A DNA stretch of 64,000 nt from assembly GCF_009914755.1 (NCBI RefSeq), contig NC_060929.1. One strand, written 5' to 3'. The position numbers and the translations under genes were made by a program. The notes beneath the pieces were generated by a model that saw only the letters and a list, made by a program, of their open reading frames with translations, did no database searches and was not told where the DNA came from. Source of the DNA: the human T2T-CHM13v2.0 reference genome, Homo sapiens. Positions 37,199 through 51,399 of the stretch are shown here, piece after piece (position 1 is the stretch's first letter; the number at the start of each line of letters is the position of its first letter).

Positions 37199-38229
37199 GT
37201 CCGTCTCTAATAGGTTCTCTCAACATGTGGAGCAAGATGGCAAAGGAGCCCCAGACTACCTCCTCTTGGCTTAGCAACCAGGTGGCTTTTCTAAGAGCTC
37301 TTGCAGAAAAGCCTCAGAGAGAATTAGGTCATATGCCTGCCAATCATACGGAAAGGGGATTGGGCTGTTCTAATTGGCCTAACCACTACTCGCCCACCTC
37401 ATACTGGGACAGGCCCCACCCAAACCCCATGGAGTGGTTTCCCTACAGGAAAGAGGTTCTATTGCCAGATGAAGCAGAGAGCAGATGCTGAGCAGGCAAA
37501 ACAACAGATGTCCACTACATTTGTGGGTGAAAAACGCTGTTTGCAGGGCATTATACATGGGCCAAACCATAATTGAGAACTCCTTGCTGATACTCACAGA
37601 GATTAAATATTTCCCCCAGACTACACAAATTCAGTTTGAAACTTTGAATGATGCTTTGTTTCCTAAAGATAAAATGGAATGTTCGTCCGTTGATTTGGGG
37701 GGAGGATCTTTAAATTCTCTTATCTCAAAGATGTCTCAAAATATTCCTTATCTTTCCTCCTACTGTCTTTTGGTCTTTTTCTTCTGTATTTTTCTTGGTT
37801 ACTTATTATGTCTTGACTTCTTAGTCCCATGTGTCATGTACCAACAACCTCATAAAAAATTAAAATGCCATCTCTCCATGGTACTTTCCCTAATTTTTCT
37901 TTCTCTCTCCTCCCCTTCCTAATCAGGAATAATTCATAAAAATCATCTCACTTCATGTATTGTCCTCTCTGATTCTTTTACCAAGTTCTACCTTAGATTG
38001 TAGCTATTTGTGGGTATAATTTAGTCATTTAGTCAGTCATTTATTTGAAACATATAAATTGAGTGCCTATAGTACTGGACTTAGCATTAGAGATGCAATA
38101 AAAAGCAATCTCCCCTACCCTAGCCTGGAACTTCCTTTAGGGTAGAAAGTGTTTTTTCTTTATCTTTACATCTCCACACTGTTTAGTCTCATTTTATTAG
38201 TAGTATTACTATCATTATCATTATTATTA

Positions 38230-38480
38230 TAGTAAGCCTTTTCTTATTACTTACCATATGCCAGAAAATGTGATAAGTGCTTTATGTATATTGCATCTTA
38301 TTCTTTCAAAAATCTTGAAAGGAAGGTAAAATACTACTATCCCCATTTTATAGATGGAGAAACTAAGGATCAGTGATACAAAGCACTTTGCTCACACTTA
38401 CACAGACTGAGAGGTCTGTGAGAGGCAGAGCCTGCATTTGAATCCAGATCTGGCAGGTTCCATACCCTATCTGCTCTCCA
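38230..38480 (-). mobile_element. MIR
   Basis: tatccccattttatagatggagaaactaagg...gcatttgaatccagatctgg. Confidence 0.8.
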
Positions 38481-38799
38481 GGTGACATAAGCTTTCCCAT
38501 AAATGCCTGGTAGAACATGGAAATTGGCTTCTGCTTTCTGTGAAGGTTAAGGTTAGGATCTGACAGCTTGTGTATGGAACATAGGATGTGGACTTCGGGT
38601 TGAGAGTCCTGTAGTGAGGATAAATCTGCAAAGCCCACATCTCATCCTGACTGCTTTAGTGACCACTGACAGACATCCTTGAGGCTTCATCAGTTTGGCC
38701 CCAATCCATGCCTTCCCAATCTCAAACATATCTCTTTGAAGGGCCTTGTGCCTCAATTTCTTCATTAGCAAACAGTGAAATTTGGCATAGACCAGATGT

Positions 38800-38990
38800 C
38801 CAATAGAACACTCCATGAGAAGGAAAACACTATTTCTGCATTGTCCACTAGAGCAGCCACTAGACACATGCGGATACTGAGTACTTGAAATTGGCTAGTT
38901 AGACTGGGGGACTGAATTTTTAAGTTTAATTAATTTTTATTTAAATAATCACAAATGACTAATGGCTACCATTTTGGACAGCACAAAGTT
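38800..38990. mobile_element. MER3/MER33-like hAT relic
   Basis: tgtccaatagaac...gcagccactagacacatg...aatggctaccattttggacagcaca. Confidence 0.75.
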
Positions 38991-40638
38991 AGAAGAATTT
39001 TTATCATTCTTTGACTTGTGATCTTTTACATACCCTAGTTTTAAATTATGTGTGCAACCCATTGCCAGATCCTGAAATCAATGTATTGGGGTGCAAATAA
39101 CATTTTTTAATGAAATGGCATAAAATAATGAAACAGAATGGAATAAAAAAAGAAAATAAAATATCAGTACATATCATATGCACTACAAAATTCTGATTGT
39201 ACTAAGTTTTGACTATGAAACTTTTGTTTCACATATTCGTGTACTGAGTCATTATGCAAAATTAATTTCCTCCAGTGGGTCATGGTCAAAAAACGTTTGA
39301 AAACCACCGCCTGCCCCTGAGTAATGTCACCAAGACCTTGAGTGTGTCATGCTTCTGTGGTGCACCCCAATCCACCCAGGGGCTCTGCAAGACCTCATTT
39401 CAGAATATTCTGTTCTTCCAGATCCTACAGGCATGTGGTGAGCATGTGACTTCCCTCAGATGGTGATTAAAAGTGACTTTGTGGTCATCTATCTGTCTGG
39501 ATGCAGAGACCCCAAATTGGTGGCCCACAGGCAGGATCCAGCCCCCACAGATAGGCCTCCTTGGAACTTTGACCTATTTGTGCATGGCCATAATCCCCTG
39601 AGGCCCAGTAATTTTTTCCCCTTTAGGTGGCCCAGATTCTCCAGATTGGTCCCTTTGGGTCAATTTTTCCATTTACATTACCTGCCTGGCCTCTAAAAAC
39701 ATGTCATGTTGTGACCTGTGTTTAACATGCATAGAAAATTATAACCGAAAGGAAACAGAGATGACAGAATGCAACTCTTGTACTTTGTAAATGGGAAAAC
39801 AAGAGCCTGGAGAAGGGGAGTGTCCTCCCTGAGGCCTCACAAAAACTGAATGACAGACAAGGAAGTGATTCTCTCTCCCAAGGAAGAACCAGATGTTAGC
39901 AAGAATTGCAGTATGACAGAGAAGAAAGAAGAAAGGAAGGCAGAAAGGGAAAGAGGGGAGGAGAGTGAATGAACAGGGAGAGAGAGGAGCAAGAGGAAGG
40001 GACGGAGTTGGAGTGGTGGTCAGGCTGTCCTCACAGCCCTGGGGAATGGGGCCCTGGCCAGCAGTTCAGATTTCTGTGGGAAGGGTTCTGTCACATGGCG
40101 TGATCACTTCCAATGAGCTTCTAGTGAGCAGATGACTGCGGAGGCCATCAGTGGGTAGTCCCGTAGGACTTTGAGCAATGGGAGGAGCACTTTGGACACA
40201 AAAAGGGGCCTCCAGTAGACCTCTGCCCCATAAGAATGGAGGGTGCTTGCAACGGCTTCAGGAATTTCCTGACTTGCATTGTCTAGCCTTCATTTTGGCC
40301 TGACCTCAGGCAAGTGTCCCTGATCTGAAACTGGAACTTCCCCAATGTTTCCTGCTTGTCCTGGTGTGGCCAGCATCATAGAGACCCTGAGCCACAGGGC
40401 TGCATCTGTCAAGATGGGAAAGTGGATGAGATGGGGCAGAAGGGGACCTGGAAGCTTCCCTGAGGTGGGATGGGGTCACAAGGGGTGGCACTCCAGGCCC
40501 TACCCCACTTTAGTCGCTGCGGCTCTGCATTCATCTGCCTGGCTTCCAGGTGGGGCTCATAGCTCCAAGGCCTTAAAGTGCCTGGCAGTACAGGAGAGAA
40601 GCTGGCCAGGGGTAAGGCAAAAACAAGAAGTAGGAACC

Positions 40639-41123
<485 letters not shown>

Positions 41124-41689
41124 CTAAAGGCCATTTCATCATTTCATTTCAAGAAAGTCTTCATAGCTTTAAAAAAAAAAAAAAGTTTGGAAACCTCTAG
41201 ACTAGGTATTTTCTATATTCCCTCCACTCTGATACTTCCCTGCCATGTTGAGGAAAGCCGGGTTCACAGTTAAGATTCCTTGGATTTCCCCGCAATACAT
41301 CAGTGCATGATGGCCTGCCAGCATCTCAGGAAGCAAATGTTGTGTACATATTAAAACCTCTGGCTCAAAGACCAGGGGACTGAGTCACTCATAGCACAAA
41401 GACAATTGCTGGCTTTCTAAAGTTCCTCTATTTCCAACATAGTTTCCAGGTCCCCAAACGAAACCCAAATAGTATTTTTCAGATAAGCTGGAGAGATGCT
41501 GGAAAGGGCACCGCAGGCCTCCAGTGCAAGGCAACCCCATTCTCCCTGCTGGGGTCGAGGCAGTCCCTCCTCTTTCCTTCAGGATACACTGGGCAGAAGG
41601 AGGCCTTGATGGAACACCCTCTGGAAAGAGAGGAGATGAGAAGAAATTGAGCCCCTTCTAGACCTACTGATGCCTGTCTGAACCCTAAC

Positions 41690-41880
41690 TCTAAAACTTA
41701 CATGTGGTGTAACTTCAGGCTAATTAATTATCCTCTCTGTGCTTCAAATTCTCACATATAAAATGGAGATCATACAGTATCTGTCTCATGAAGTCATGAG
41801 CATTAAATGAGAGGATGCTTAGGAAGCGCATAGCACAATGCCTGGCACATAGTGATTGCTCCATTAATGTTAGTTGTTTT
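41690..41880 (+). mobile_element. MIR
   Basis: cctctctgtgcttcaaattctcacatataaaatggagat...gcacaatgcctggcacatagt. Confidence 0.8.
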
Positions 41881-43404
41881 AGCTATTTTTACAGGCTCCT
41901 CTGTGTTACTGACTGGGGGCTTTGTAAAGATCACAAGGAACTGACTCAGCAGTGACAAGAGAGTATGTGGTGATTGGCAGAAGCCCATTCCAAAGTGGAA
42001 AAAATGCCCAGACTGGTAGACACCCTAGGGATGTTTCCCCTTCTCTATCAAATCTTCTTTATTCTTCAGATACTTTTTATACCACCGTGCATTAAAACCC
42101 ATGACCAAGTGTAGCCGGATGGTATTTTTGAAATATTAACTGGGATTTCCTTTACCCACCACTCTTGTGCCTTTCCCTCTATTCAGTGAGCAAGGCCTCA
42201 GACTGGGATGGGCAGAAAACAGGGACAAAATGGGTGGCTTCCTAGCTTTTGAATTTTAAAATCCTGTCCCTTTAGAAGAACAGAAGGATTTATCACAAAG
42301 CTAAATATTCTAGAGAAAGCATAAGTTAGGGAGGGCAGAAAGGGCTTCTTTATGCCCAGCTAATAAGAATGGTTCCCTGGCACATGGGTAGGGAGGAGAA
42401 TCTTGGGGAAAGAAGTGAGAACACAGATCTACTTGACTACTTTGAAAGAGGCCCTGTGCTGAGCCCACGGACACAGGCACAGTCAACAGCAGAGGAGGAA
42501 AGAAGAGAGGAAGGAGGGGCGGGCAATCCGGCAGCTGAAACTTCATTTTCTCTTATCTTGGAATAGAAACCAGTTGAAATATAAGAAATAAAGAACTCTG
42601 CGATGTTATGGGCTGCCATTTAGTTCTCCTTGCTTGTGAAGCTCACTGCAGTGAAGACCCCTTTAGGTCTATCTAACCCAAACCCTTTATGCTGTAGCTG
42701 CCATGTGGCAGCTGGCTGTCAGACAAGAGCAGTCTGGCTGGCCAAGAGCATGCCGTTCTGACACATGTCCTGACAACACGTTTCTGAAGAAGGCAGCACG
42801 AGCCGTGTTGCCAGCAACACGCCATGACCATGGAACATGCTGATGAGCCTGGCAGAGAGAAGCTGCGGAGGAGTTTCTGTTGCAGCAAAGGTTTTACAAC
42901 ATCCTCCTGGGAAGACAGGCTGTGTTACTGACCTGCTGACATGGGAAACTGCAGCCAGGCCCGGGCCATCTGTGAAAGGACCCAGGGGTTCCCAGAGGAC
43001 TCGTACTTCCACCCTGCTGCAGCTGCCAACACCTGCAGCACTTGCATCTCTCTGGGACCCAGCACACACACCTGTCAGGCTTTACCTGCCCATGCCAGGG
43101 ATGCTGCCCAAAGCTGACATCCCTGGCCCTGGAGCAGCAATCACTGCTTCTTCATCACCTGCCAGGGATGCTGAATTGCTCTTCCTATTTCCTGGCCTAT
43201 ATTCTAGTCACCTCCAATCATTATTTTTACATCTTCTTAAACTATTTTTTAAAACAACTGGGTAATGGATGACTACTATTGGGGAAAAGTTAGATACACC
43301 TTTACCCCTGCTTCCCACTTCCTCCCCAGAGGTAGCCATTCCACTGGCACTGTTGCATTGCAGGCAGTTGAGCTTAGTGGTAAGAGCCCGTGTTTGAAAG
43401 TCAG

Positions 43405-43610
43405 ACTGCTTGGGTTCAGATTCTGCCTCTGCCGTTTACTAACTGTGTGACCTTGGACAAGGGGTCTCAGGTCTCTGAGTTTCATTCTCCTGTAAAATGA
43501 GGATAATAGTATCCCCTCTTGAGTTACGAGGGCTCAATGAGATGACATATATAAGTGGCTGAGGACACTGCCTGACATAGAGGACCCACCCTCTAAATAT
43601 TATCTATTAT
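43405..43610 (+). mobile_element. MIR
   Basis: agtcagactgcttgggttcagattctgcctctgccgtttactaactgtgtgaccttggacaag; the element likely starts near 43365. Confidence 0.85.
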
Positions 43611-44719
43611 CTTTCAAGACCCTTCCTTATGCATTAACTGCTCCTATTACTTCATGCATGGCGTCACTTCCAAACCCTCTCCTATACTTCTGCATCTTGG
43701 AACATGCACCCCCAGCCCACTAACTCTAACCCTAAACCTCAGCATGACCTCCAGACTTAGGATAATGTAGCCTCTTATGAACTCTTCCCACCTCACCCTC
43801 TCTGATTGGCCTCTCTCATTTTGTGGTCCAAGAACAGATACCTCCATGCCCTGAGGCAAGCAAGCATCAGTTGCTGTGTGAGCTTTTCTTGTCCTCTTCT
43901 GTCTTGTCCTCTGGGTCTCAGCTTTCTCATCTGTTAAGTGAAACCGCTGGACCAATTCAGCCATCTTTTTCTTTATTCTGCAAGTATGAATGAAACAATG
44001 ACACAATGAGATGGGCACTCACTGTGTGCCTGGCACTGAGGTGTAATGGTGAACTGGAAAGACATGGTCCCTGCCCTCATGGAGCTCACAATCTCGTGTA
44101 TACGAATAGCCTCCCAGGCCCTTTCTGCTCTAAAGCCTAGTCCCAGGTATTCATACAATGAATGCAGATTAATGCCACAATGTGGTGACACCTGCATGGT
44201 CCTTGGAGTTACCAGAAGCAGCTCTTATAATCTCCCTATCAGAGTTTTCAGAAAACATATCACTCACTTATTTTAAGTAAGCACACACAACAAACACACT
44301 GATGCCTCCCCTGGAAACAGCAGATGCATCCAAAATACAATGCCCTAGGATAACATAGATCATAACCCCTCTTCCTCACACAGGGAAATGCCCAATTCAC
44401 ACATTTCTCTGCAGGATATATCAAAAGCATGTCAGCCACCTACCTCTGCAGCCCACACAAACCCATAAACAAAGAGACCTCCAGAGATAGGGGGAGAAAG
44501 AAGAGGTTGCTTATAGTGGTGAATGGTCTGCAGCCAAGGAGTTTTTTTCTTGGCAGTCAGCAAAAAGGAAAAACTAGCAAACCTTTGCTGGACTTGTCAG
44601 AAAATGAATCTGAGAAATATTTGAGCAAAGCTCAGTGGGTAGCTGATAGGGGTGATTTAGAAAGAATCCCTGCACTGGGTTGGGGGTGAGGAGACATGGA
44701 TTCAGAGATCCTTTAATAT

Positions 44720-44920
44720 TAATTATTGCTTATTGAGGCCAAGCAATGCACTAAGCACTTTTCTATAATTTAAGTAATTTAATACTCACAAATTGCTTCA
44801 GTTATTCTTACTCTAGAGATGAGGAAACTGAGGCGGGGTTTATGTAAATTGCTCAGGATCACACAACCAGCAAGTGGCAGGGCTGGAATCCAAACCCAGC
44901 CCAGTGACTCCAGCATCCAT
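44720..44920 (-). mobile_element. MIR
   Basis: agatgaggaaactgaggc...tgctcaggatcacacaaccagcaagtggcagggctggaatccaaaccc. Confidence 0.85.
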
Positions 44921-46607
44921 TCCTTACCCGCTGTGTCGTGTGCTTCCCACCCCTTTCAGTGCAACGATCCCATGACTCTGTGGCCTCACTGTAGGAAACA
45001 GGATCGGCACCTGGGCCCTGGCTCAACTCTGAAATCAAACCGGAGGCCCCTGCTGTGAAGTACCAGATCCTCTCATGTACAAGCCCCACCTTTATGTTTC
45101 AGGCAGCTGCTTTCTACCTGCAAAATGCCTGGACCCACAGTTGGGTCTTCTTTGGTATTTAGCAGATGCCTGTGAACACTCTGAGTTTTGGGCTCTAATT
45201 GAGAAGCCAGAGTGAAAGCGGCTGCACCCTGCATGGTTATGTGTGGCATCCCCTGGGCCCTGGGCTGCTGTGTGCTCATTGCTGAACCAGTGGATTCTCT
45301 GCTTGATGTTTCACCTTTCAACCAGAAGTTCCACTGTTTATATTACACTTCCAGCCAATTATTCACAGTTGTTACGCTGTCTCCAAGTCAGTTTTGCCAC
45401 TCTTTTAATTATACACCAGCATAGCATAGGTGCTCCTACCTTTTAAAGACTGCTTTAAAGACACTCTATTAAAATGTGGGAACATTTTTATCTACAAGGT
45501 CAAGCGACTCTCAGGAGAGGAAAACCCATGTGCAGGCAGCACATCAGTGAAAGAACATAACTTAGGTCACATTTTTATAGGAGAGGAATCGTGTCATTCG
45601 CTGTTTTTAAAAGAGACTGATAAATCTGATAACTTAAAGCAAAGTCTAGTTTAAAAGTGAGACCAGTTACTGGAGAGGAGAGAGTGTGGAGGGAGAGGAA
45701 AAATCACAGAAGAGGACACACAAGGCAGAATCATGTAACAAGAGGGACTCGTATGGATCACTTTGTTCAACCTCTTCCAAAGAGGGAATTGGGGCCAAAG
45801 AGGTTAGATGACGTGCCCAAAATTAGAACAGTAGGTAACAGCGGAGAGGGAATTGGAACCCAGGTTACCCCAGCCACACGGAGACAAAGAACAACAGATG
45901 AGAGAGGGAGGAAAAGTCAGGTGGAGAAACTGGATGCTGAATTTGTTTACTGTTGTGTTCAACTCCCATGCTCCTTTTCATTTACCCGGAGGTCGGTCAC
46001 ACCTCCCCTTCCAATATGTTGTTTTGCTCCAACAACTTGAAATTATCTCTAAAATTTGGGAAGAGCTTTACTTACAAATTTAGTTGTGGAATTAAGATGC
46101 ACTTTTTCATAGAACTCTAAAGATTTGGTATGCATATAAAAGAGGGCTTAATGTTTCAGATCCCTAATTTTTAATCTCAGGGGCATTAATAAGCTGTTTG
46201 TTTGTTTGTTTGTTTTGTCTTAAAAAATTATACCGACAGCCATTGGCAACTGATTTACTTGCTTTTATTCTCGGAAAGATTAGGTTTGTTCAGTCTTTCA
46301 GTGCCTGAAAGTGTGTGATTTCTTTAAAAATCAGCATTTATTTCACTGCTCATGATCTTTTGTTTCCAGATCAAATTCAGGATGGGTGAATGTGTAATTG
46401 GTTCCCATTGCAAATTGTTTAAGTACAACTTTAGAACTCTTTAGGGATAAAAATGAATCATTTTAGTCTGAGATGATATTCCTAAATTAATTTGTACATT
46501 TTTTTTTTTATTTCTAGGATTCAACCAAGTTTCATTTCTTTTCCCTCTGCCTGGTGTTTTGTTGTTTTTGTTGTCTTTTGTTGTTGTTGTTGTTGTTTTT
46601 AACTATC

Positions 46608-46820
46608 AGGCTGTACTGTCATTATGGTAGCCACTAATCACATGTGACTATTTAGATGTAGATTTATATTAATTAAAATTAAATTTAATTTAAAATTAAG
46701 TTCCTCAGTCACACTAGCTACATTTCAAGTGCCCAGTGGTCACCTGTGACTATTATATTGGACAGCATAGATGTCTAGAACATGTCTATCATCTCAGAAC
46801 GTTCTAGTGGATAGCACTAA
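46608..46820. mobile_element. MER3/MER33-like hAT relic
   Basis: tatggtagccactaatcacatgtgactat...gttcctcagtcacactagctacatttcaagtgc. Confidence 0.8.
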
Positions 46821-48684
46821 GGGCTAGTAACTGGGAATGTCTGTCTTGGGCACCCTTTATTGGCCAGTAATGTTAAAAGAAGCCAGAGGTTCTCTGCATA
46901 CATTTCAGAAATCAATCACATAATCTATAAGGTCTAAATGTGGCAGCTTCATGGATTATCTCACAAGTGAGCACAGCTAATGTCCTTTTAGGCTTGTGAC
47001 TGGTCTCAAATGTTGCTCTCAAGGGTAGGCAGTTTCTAACATAAGAGGTAGTTCAAATATTCACGTGTAAGTCAATTTGGAATTCAAAAGACATTCACCC
47101 ATAAGAAAAATGTTATAAATCATGTGACTGAAACTTTGCATTTTCTGAAATAAAAATTAGTGGAAATGATAACCAGCAGAAAATCAACAAATTTTAACAT
47201 TTCAGGGCAGTTATAGATTGGTAGGAAGAAGTAAACACACACCCCCAATACACATGTACACATACACAGAACAATGTTAGATTAAGTTTCTGATTTAATT
47301 AGCCAAGAATATAAAATCTTACTGGAAATGAGTTGGCTTCCAGGGCAGGAGCAGGGATGTGGCATATCCCAGCCTAGCTTCCATTGACACCCAGAGTTCC
47401 TACGTCCAGTCTGCATGAGGAACAGTCTTGCCACACCTGTGAGCTCAAATCTTGCTACACCACTGTTCTTTTATAATCACAGCTTACATCAGCAATCTGG
47501 AAGAACTCACACCAACTGTATGTATTTTTTCATACAGTTGTATGGTGTATGTATGTATTAATACACCAAATGTATGAATTTTTGCTTATGGGACTATTTA
47601 CAAACATCAGAGCTCTGGCCACACACAGCATCAGCAAAGCAGCATCCTTCTCTTGAGGGGATGCAGCAGGGTTAGGGCTGGGGTCCCATCACTACTGCAG
47701 CCCCAGAAAATTTTATTTTCCTAATCCATTCCCCTCACTTTGATTTTACACTTTTTTATCCGGGTGGTTCAAAGACTGAGTTCTGTTGGAAGACCATGCT
47801 CACAAATCCACTTTCCCAGAAAATCAAATCCAATTAGAAAAAATAAAATTGATCTTAGAAGTTGGCTCTTGAACAATAAGACAGGTTGAATTAGAGGAGG
47901 TAGATGAAAGTTTGTGCAATGATCCTGGAGGGACTGTTGGAGACTTCCAAGAGCACTCAGCGTTAATGATGATGATTGTACTATTCGTTCTTATTTTATT
48001 TTCAGACTCACAGCTTTGTTTCCCTTGGCAATGGTAGATCACCACACTGCTCATATAAACAGAATCTATATTTTTCTCACAAATTCAGGGCAGAAGAGAG
48101 AGTGAAGTATTTTCCAGGGAACATTGAGTAAGAATCAGAAAAAGAAAAGAGAATAAGATTAAAGAGAATGTTTATGAACATTCTGGGGGGTGGGGAAGGA
48201 TTGCTCAGAGCTGTAGGGGGGATGTGATGGCCATGATACCAGTGAACATTTGTGGAGCACTTAACGCAGTTTTTGAAATATTTTGCATGTATTGACCTAT
48301 TTAATGAGTTAATTAATGATTTAGTTAACTAGCTGATTTGTTTGATTTTTGTCTTGAATTTAAGACAGAGAAAAATAGATGAATAATGTGCATAAACTGC
48401 ATGAAAGAAAGATTGTGAGAAGTATATTATTCTCCCACCCCAGTTAGCAAAGTTGTCAGAAGCCAGTTTCAGTGCTAAGCAATCAGCTCTTTGCTCTATA
48501 GCATCCTTGGGATTCAGGATACCTGTAAATGGGAGATGATCAGAAGTCCTGATTTCCTGTTCCTCTTTAAAAGGAGGAGGACAGATGAGATCAGTTTTGG
48601 AGATCATAGATCTCTTTGAGAATATGAACAAAACTACAAGATAATGTATGTAACACTTAATTTAATTAAAGAGAAATGTCAGAT

Positions 48685-49020
48685 CCGAGGTTATGCTACA
48701 GTCTCAGAGGCTATGACAACAGAGATTTGTTCTTGCTCATGATAGAGGTTTATGATGGGTTAGTTTACAGTTCTGTTCCATGACTCCTCAATCCGGATCC
48801 AAGCTGATGCATCCTGCACACCATCTGGGGTAACATTCATTCCTGAGTTAGGGAAAAGGCAATATAGCAGATCACATATTGGCTCCTAAGGCTTCCAATT
48901 GGAAGGGACATGCACAATTTCAGTTCACATTTCACTGCCAAGCAAGTCACCATGTGCAATCCTCCATGTGCCTAGAAGAAAAGGTTCAAATTTCCAGTGA
49001 ACAGACATAACTACCACACA
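48685..49020 (-). mobile_element. Old MLT1 LTR
   Basis: ggttatgctaca...atttgttcttgctcatg...ttcacatttcactgccaagcaagtcac. Confidence 0.55.
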
Positions 49021-49528
49021 GGGTCAAGAATCCCCAAAGTAGGTGACCTTTAAATTCCTTTGTGGTTCAAGGTTGCTGTGAGTCCAGATTAATTTATGAT
49101 ATACTTATTCAGAGTTTATCCAGGAAGTCTACATATATAAACGATAGGTACCAATTCCCCTTCAATCAGGTGGTTATCTTTATAACCAGGACAAGAGTGA
49201 GCCTTCTCCTAATAAGGTATGAGCAGAAGTTTTTGGACTATTCCTTCAACTTTGAGTGAGAATTGAAGAAATGAGTAATTCTCTCCCCAGTGCCACAGGG
49301 GTTTTCTATAGGAGAGAAGAGTATGTTTCTCAGTGGCAAAGTTACCTCAACAGCTTATGCATAATGAGATCAGACCAGACAGCTACCAACATTCCTTCCA
49401 ACCCTGAGATTTTTGTGCTGTAGGCAGGTGCCTAATGAAATATCAGATGACTAGATTTTAGAATAGCCAAGCCAAGTGTATCTCAGGAAAAGGGTATCTA
49501 GAAAAGTAGCCATGAAATGGTCTTAGCA

Positions 49529-49562
49529 GTCTCACTTTGGCAGCACATATACTAAAATTGGA
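49529..49562 (+). pseudogene. 3'-truncated (tailless) U6 snRNA retrocopy
   Basis: GT-CTCACTTTGGCAGCACATATACTAAAATTGGA versus U6 5' end GTGCTCGCTTCGGCAGCACATATACTAAAATTGGA; flanked by direct repeat ATGGTCTTAGCA (49517-49528, 49564-49575). Confidence 0.92.
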
Positions 49563-50341
49563 GATGGTCTTAGCAAGAGAATAACAGACCCAATAAGCTA
49601 GTAGAACTCTTAAGCATCATCAAATGCTGGCCACTCACCTGCAGCTCCCAGTGACTTCAACCCTTTCATAATCTCCACCAGCATTTTTTTCTTAATTGTA
49701 TACATGTAACATTTTCCCAGTTTTATGGAAAGTGCTGTTCAAAGGTAGCTTTGAGATAAGTTCCCTTGTTAGCCTCCCTCCAGCCAGAGTGCCTCCCCTT
49801 CCCTTCATGCCTTCCTTATAAAAGTCTTTGCTACCTTTGACCACCCTCATTTGATAGACATGAAAATTGAGGCCCAGAGAGGGGCTGTAACTCACTTAAT
49901 TCAAAAGCCATTTGGAGGCAGGGTCAGCCACCCACTTCTTTGAAACTTCTGAGTCAATTGCAAGTCCCAAATTCCCTTGGACAAGTTTGGGGCCTAATTT
50001 TAATTTAAAGCTTACTCAAAAGATGGTATTTTTGATCACTTACTTTGAAATACTCTATGTCCTCTTATTTGTCTTCATTCAGGGATTTGGCTTGTGTTCT
50101 TGCAAGGAAAGGTGATGCTCACTCAAAAGTCCTTGCCTGCTTAAGGAGGGCTATGAACATGTCTCATACCACTCAGTGCTGCCTTAGCTTGGCAGTCATC
50201 CTGATGATGAATTGAAAATACTTTGCACATCATTTCTTCCCCTTCCACTTTTTCTTCCAGCTACAATTATGATAATGTCTTGCAGCAGACTTTGTAAAGA
50301 ATCAGGGACTCTGGATAGTGATCTCTTTGTTTCTTTTACAG

Positions 50342-50479
50342 TTCCTTATCAGCAGAATCCTTACAATCCACGGGGCAGCTCCAATGTCATCCAGTGCTAC
50401 CGCTGTGGAGACACCTGCAAAGGGGAAGTGGTCCGCGTGCACAACAACCACTTCCACATCAGATGCTTCACCTGTCAAG
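50342..50479 (+). CDS. ABLIM3: ABLIM3 coding exon (138 nt, phase 1-1), N-terminal part of LIM domain 1
   Basis: Acceptor tttgtttcttttaCAG|, donor AAG|gtagga; encodes (I)PYQQNPYNPRGSSNVIQCYRCGDTCKGEVVRVHNNHFHIRCFTCQ with LIM spacing C-x2-C...H-x2-C-x2-C. Confidence 0.96.
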
Positions 50480-51399
50480 GTAGGAGGCTCAGCTCCCCCA
50501 CTCTCTTCTTAGATTCCTGACCATTCTTGCACCATCAGGTCATGCCTCAGGGGCAGAAAGAACAAACACAGGTGGCTGGAATATCTATAAAGACCTAAAG
50601 AGACTTTCCCTGAGCCTCTTCTTATGAGATTCTCCCTTAGAATGAGGGCAGTGTATTGGTACGTGAGGGAGACAAGGATCCTGGTAACCTTGGAGGGGCA
50701 GGTGCTGAACCAGAAGGAAAAAGACTAATCTGCAAGTTTAACTTACTCATCTGAAGAGACTCCTGGTTTGTGCCTATAAATCAGTGTGAGAGCAAATGAA
50801 AGTGCAAACTATCTTGGATAAAATTCAAGATAGTTTTTTTTGTTTGTTTTTTGTTTTTTGGTTTTTTTTTTTTTTGAGATGAGTAGCTATTCTATGACAA
50901 TGTAGCAATCTTCAAAGGTTAAGTTTAACAAGGGAGAAGAGACATCTTGACCTTGGTAAGGTTTGCAATTTGGGAGCACATAGCTGTTAGGTCATCTCTC
51001 ATTGTTACAGCTTACACAGGGCTAATTTATATACTCCTAGACTCAACCAAGCTAAGAGTTCCTAAAGAAGACAGATAATTAGCAGCAGGAAAAGGGACTT
51101 GGCTGAAAGAGCACAGAGAGCCCTCTGGCCCGGGGCAACACACCCTTCCACAATGTCTCTCCAGCCTCCACATCTTGACCTCCTCATTCAGGCTTCCCTG
51201 CTCCACAGAGCAGCCATTCTAATGTTGGATTGCCCTGTGGGTTTAGAAAATGACCCAAAATTTGTAACTTTTTTGTTGATCTTATATTTGTCCTCATAAA
51301 GTCTGAGGAATACTTTGTATTCGCTTTTCCCTTTGACTGCTCTTCAGATACTTGTATCCAGGTTTTCCCCATGTCAAACTATATCACAAGTCCTTAAAT

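Noticed and set aside
50212-50520. 102-aa ORF as a single-exon gene
   Set aside because: Its core is the ABLIM3 exon bounded by canonical splice sites; the 3' flank is intron
50826-50880. Long T-tract followed by gagat, resembling an antisense Alu tail
   Set aside because: No Alu body follows; simple repeat
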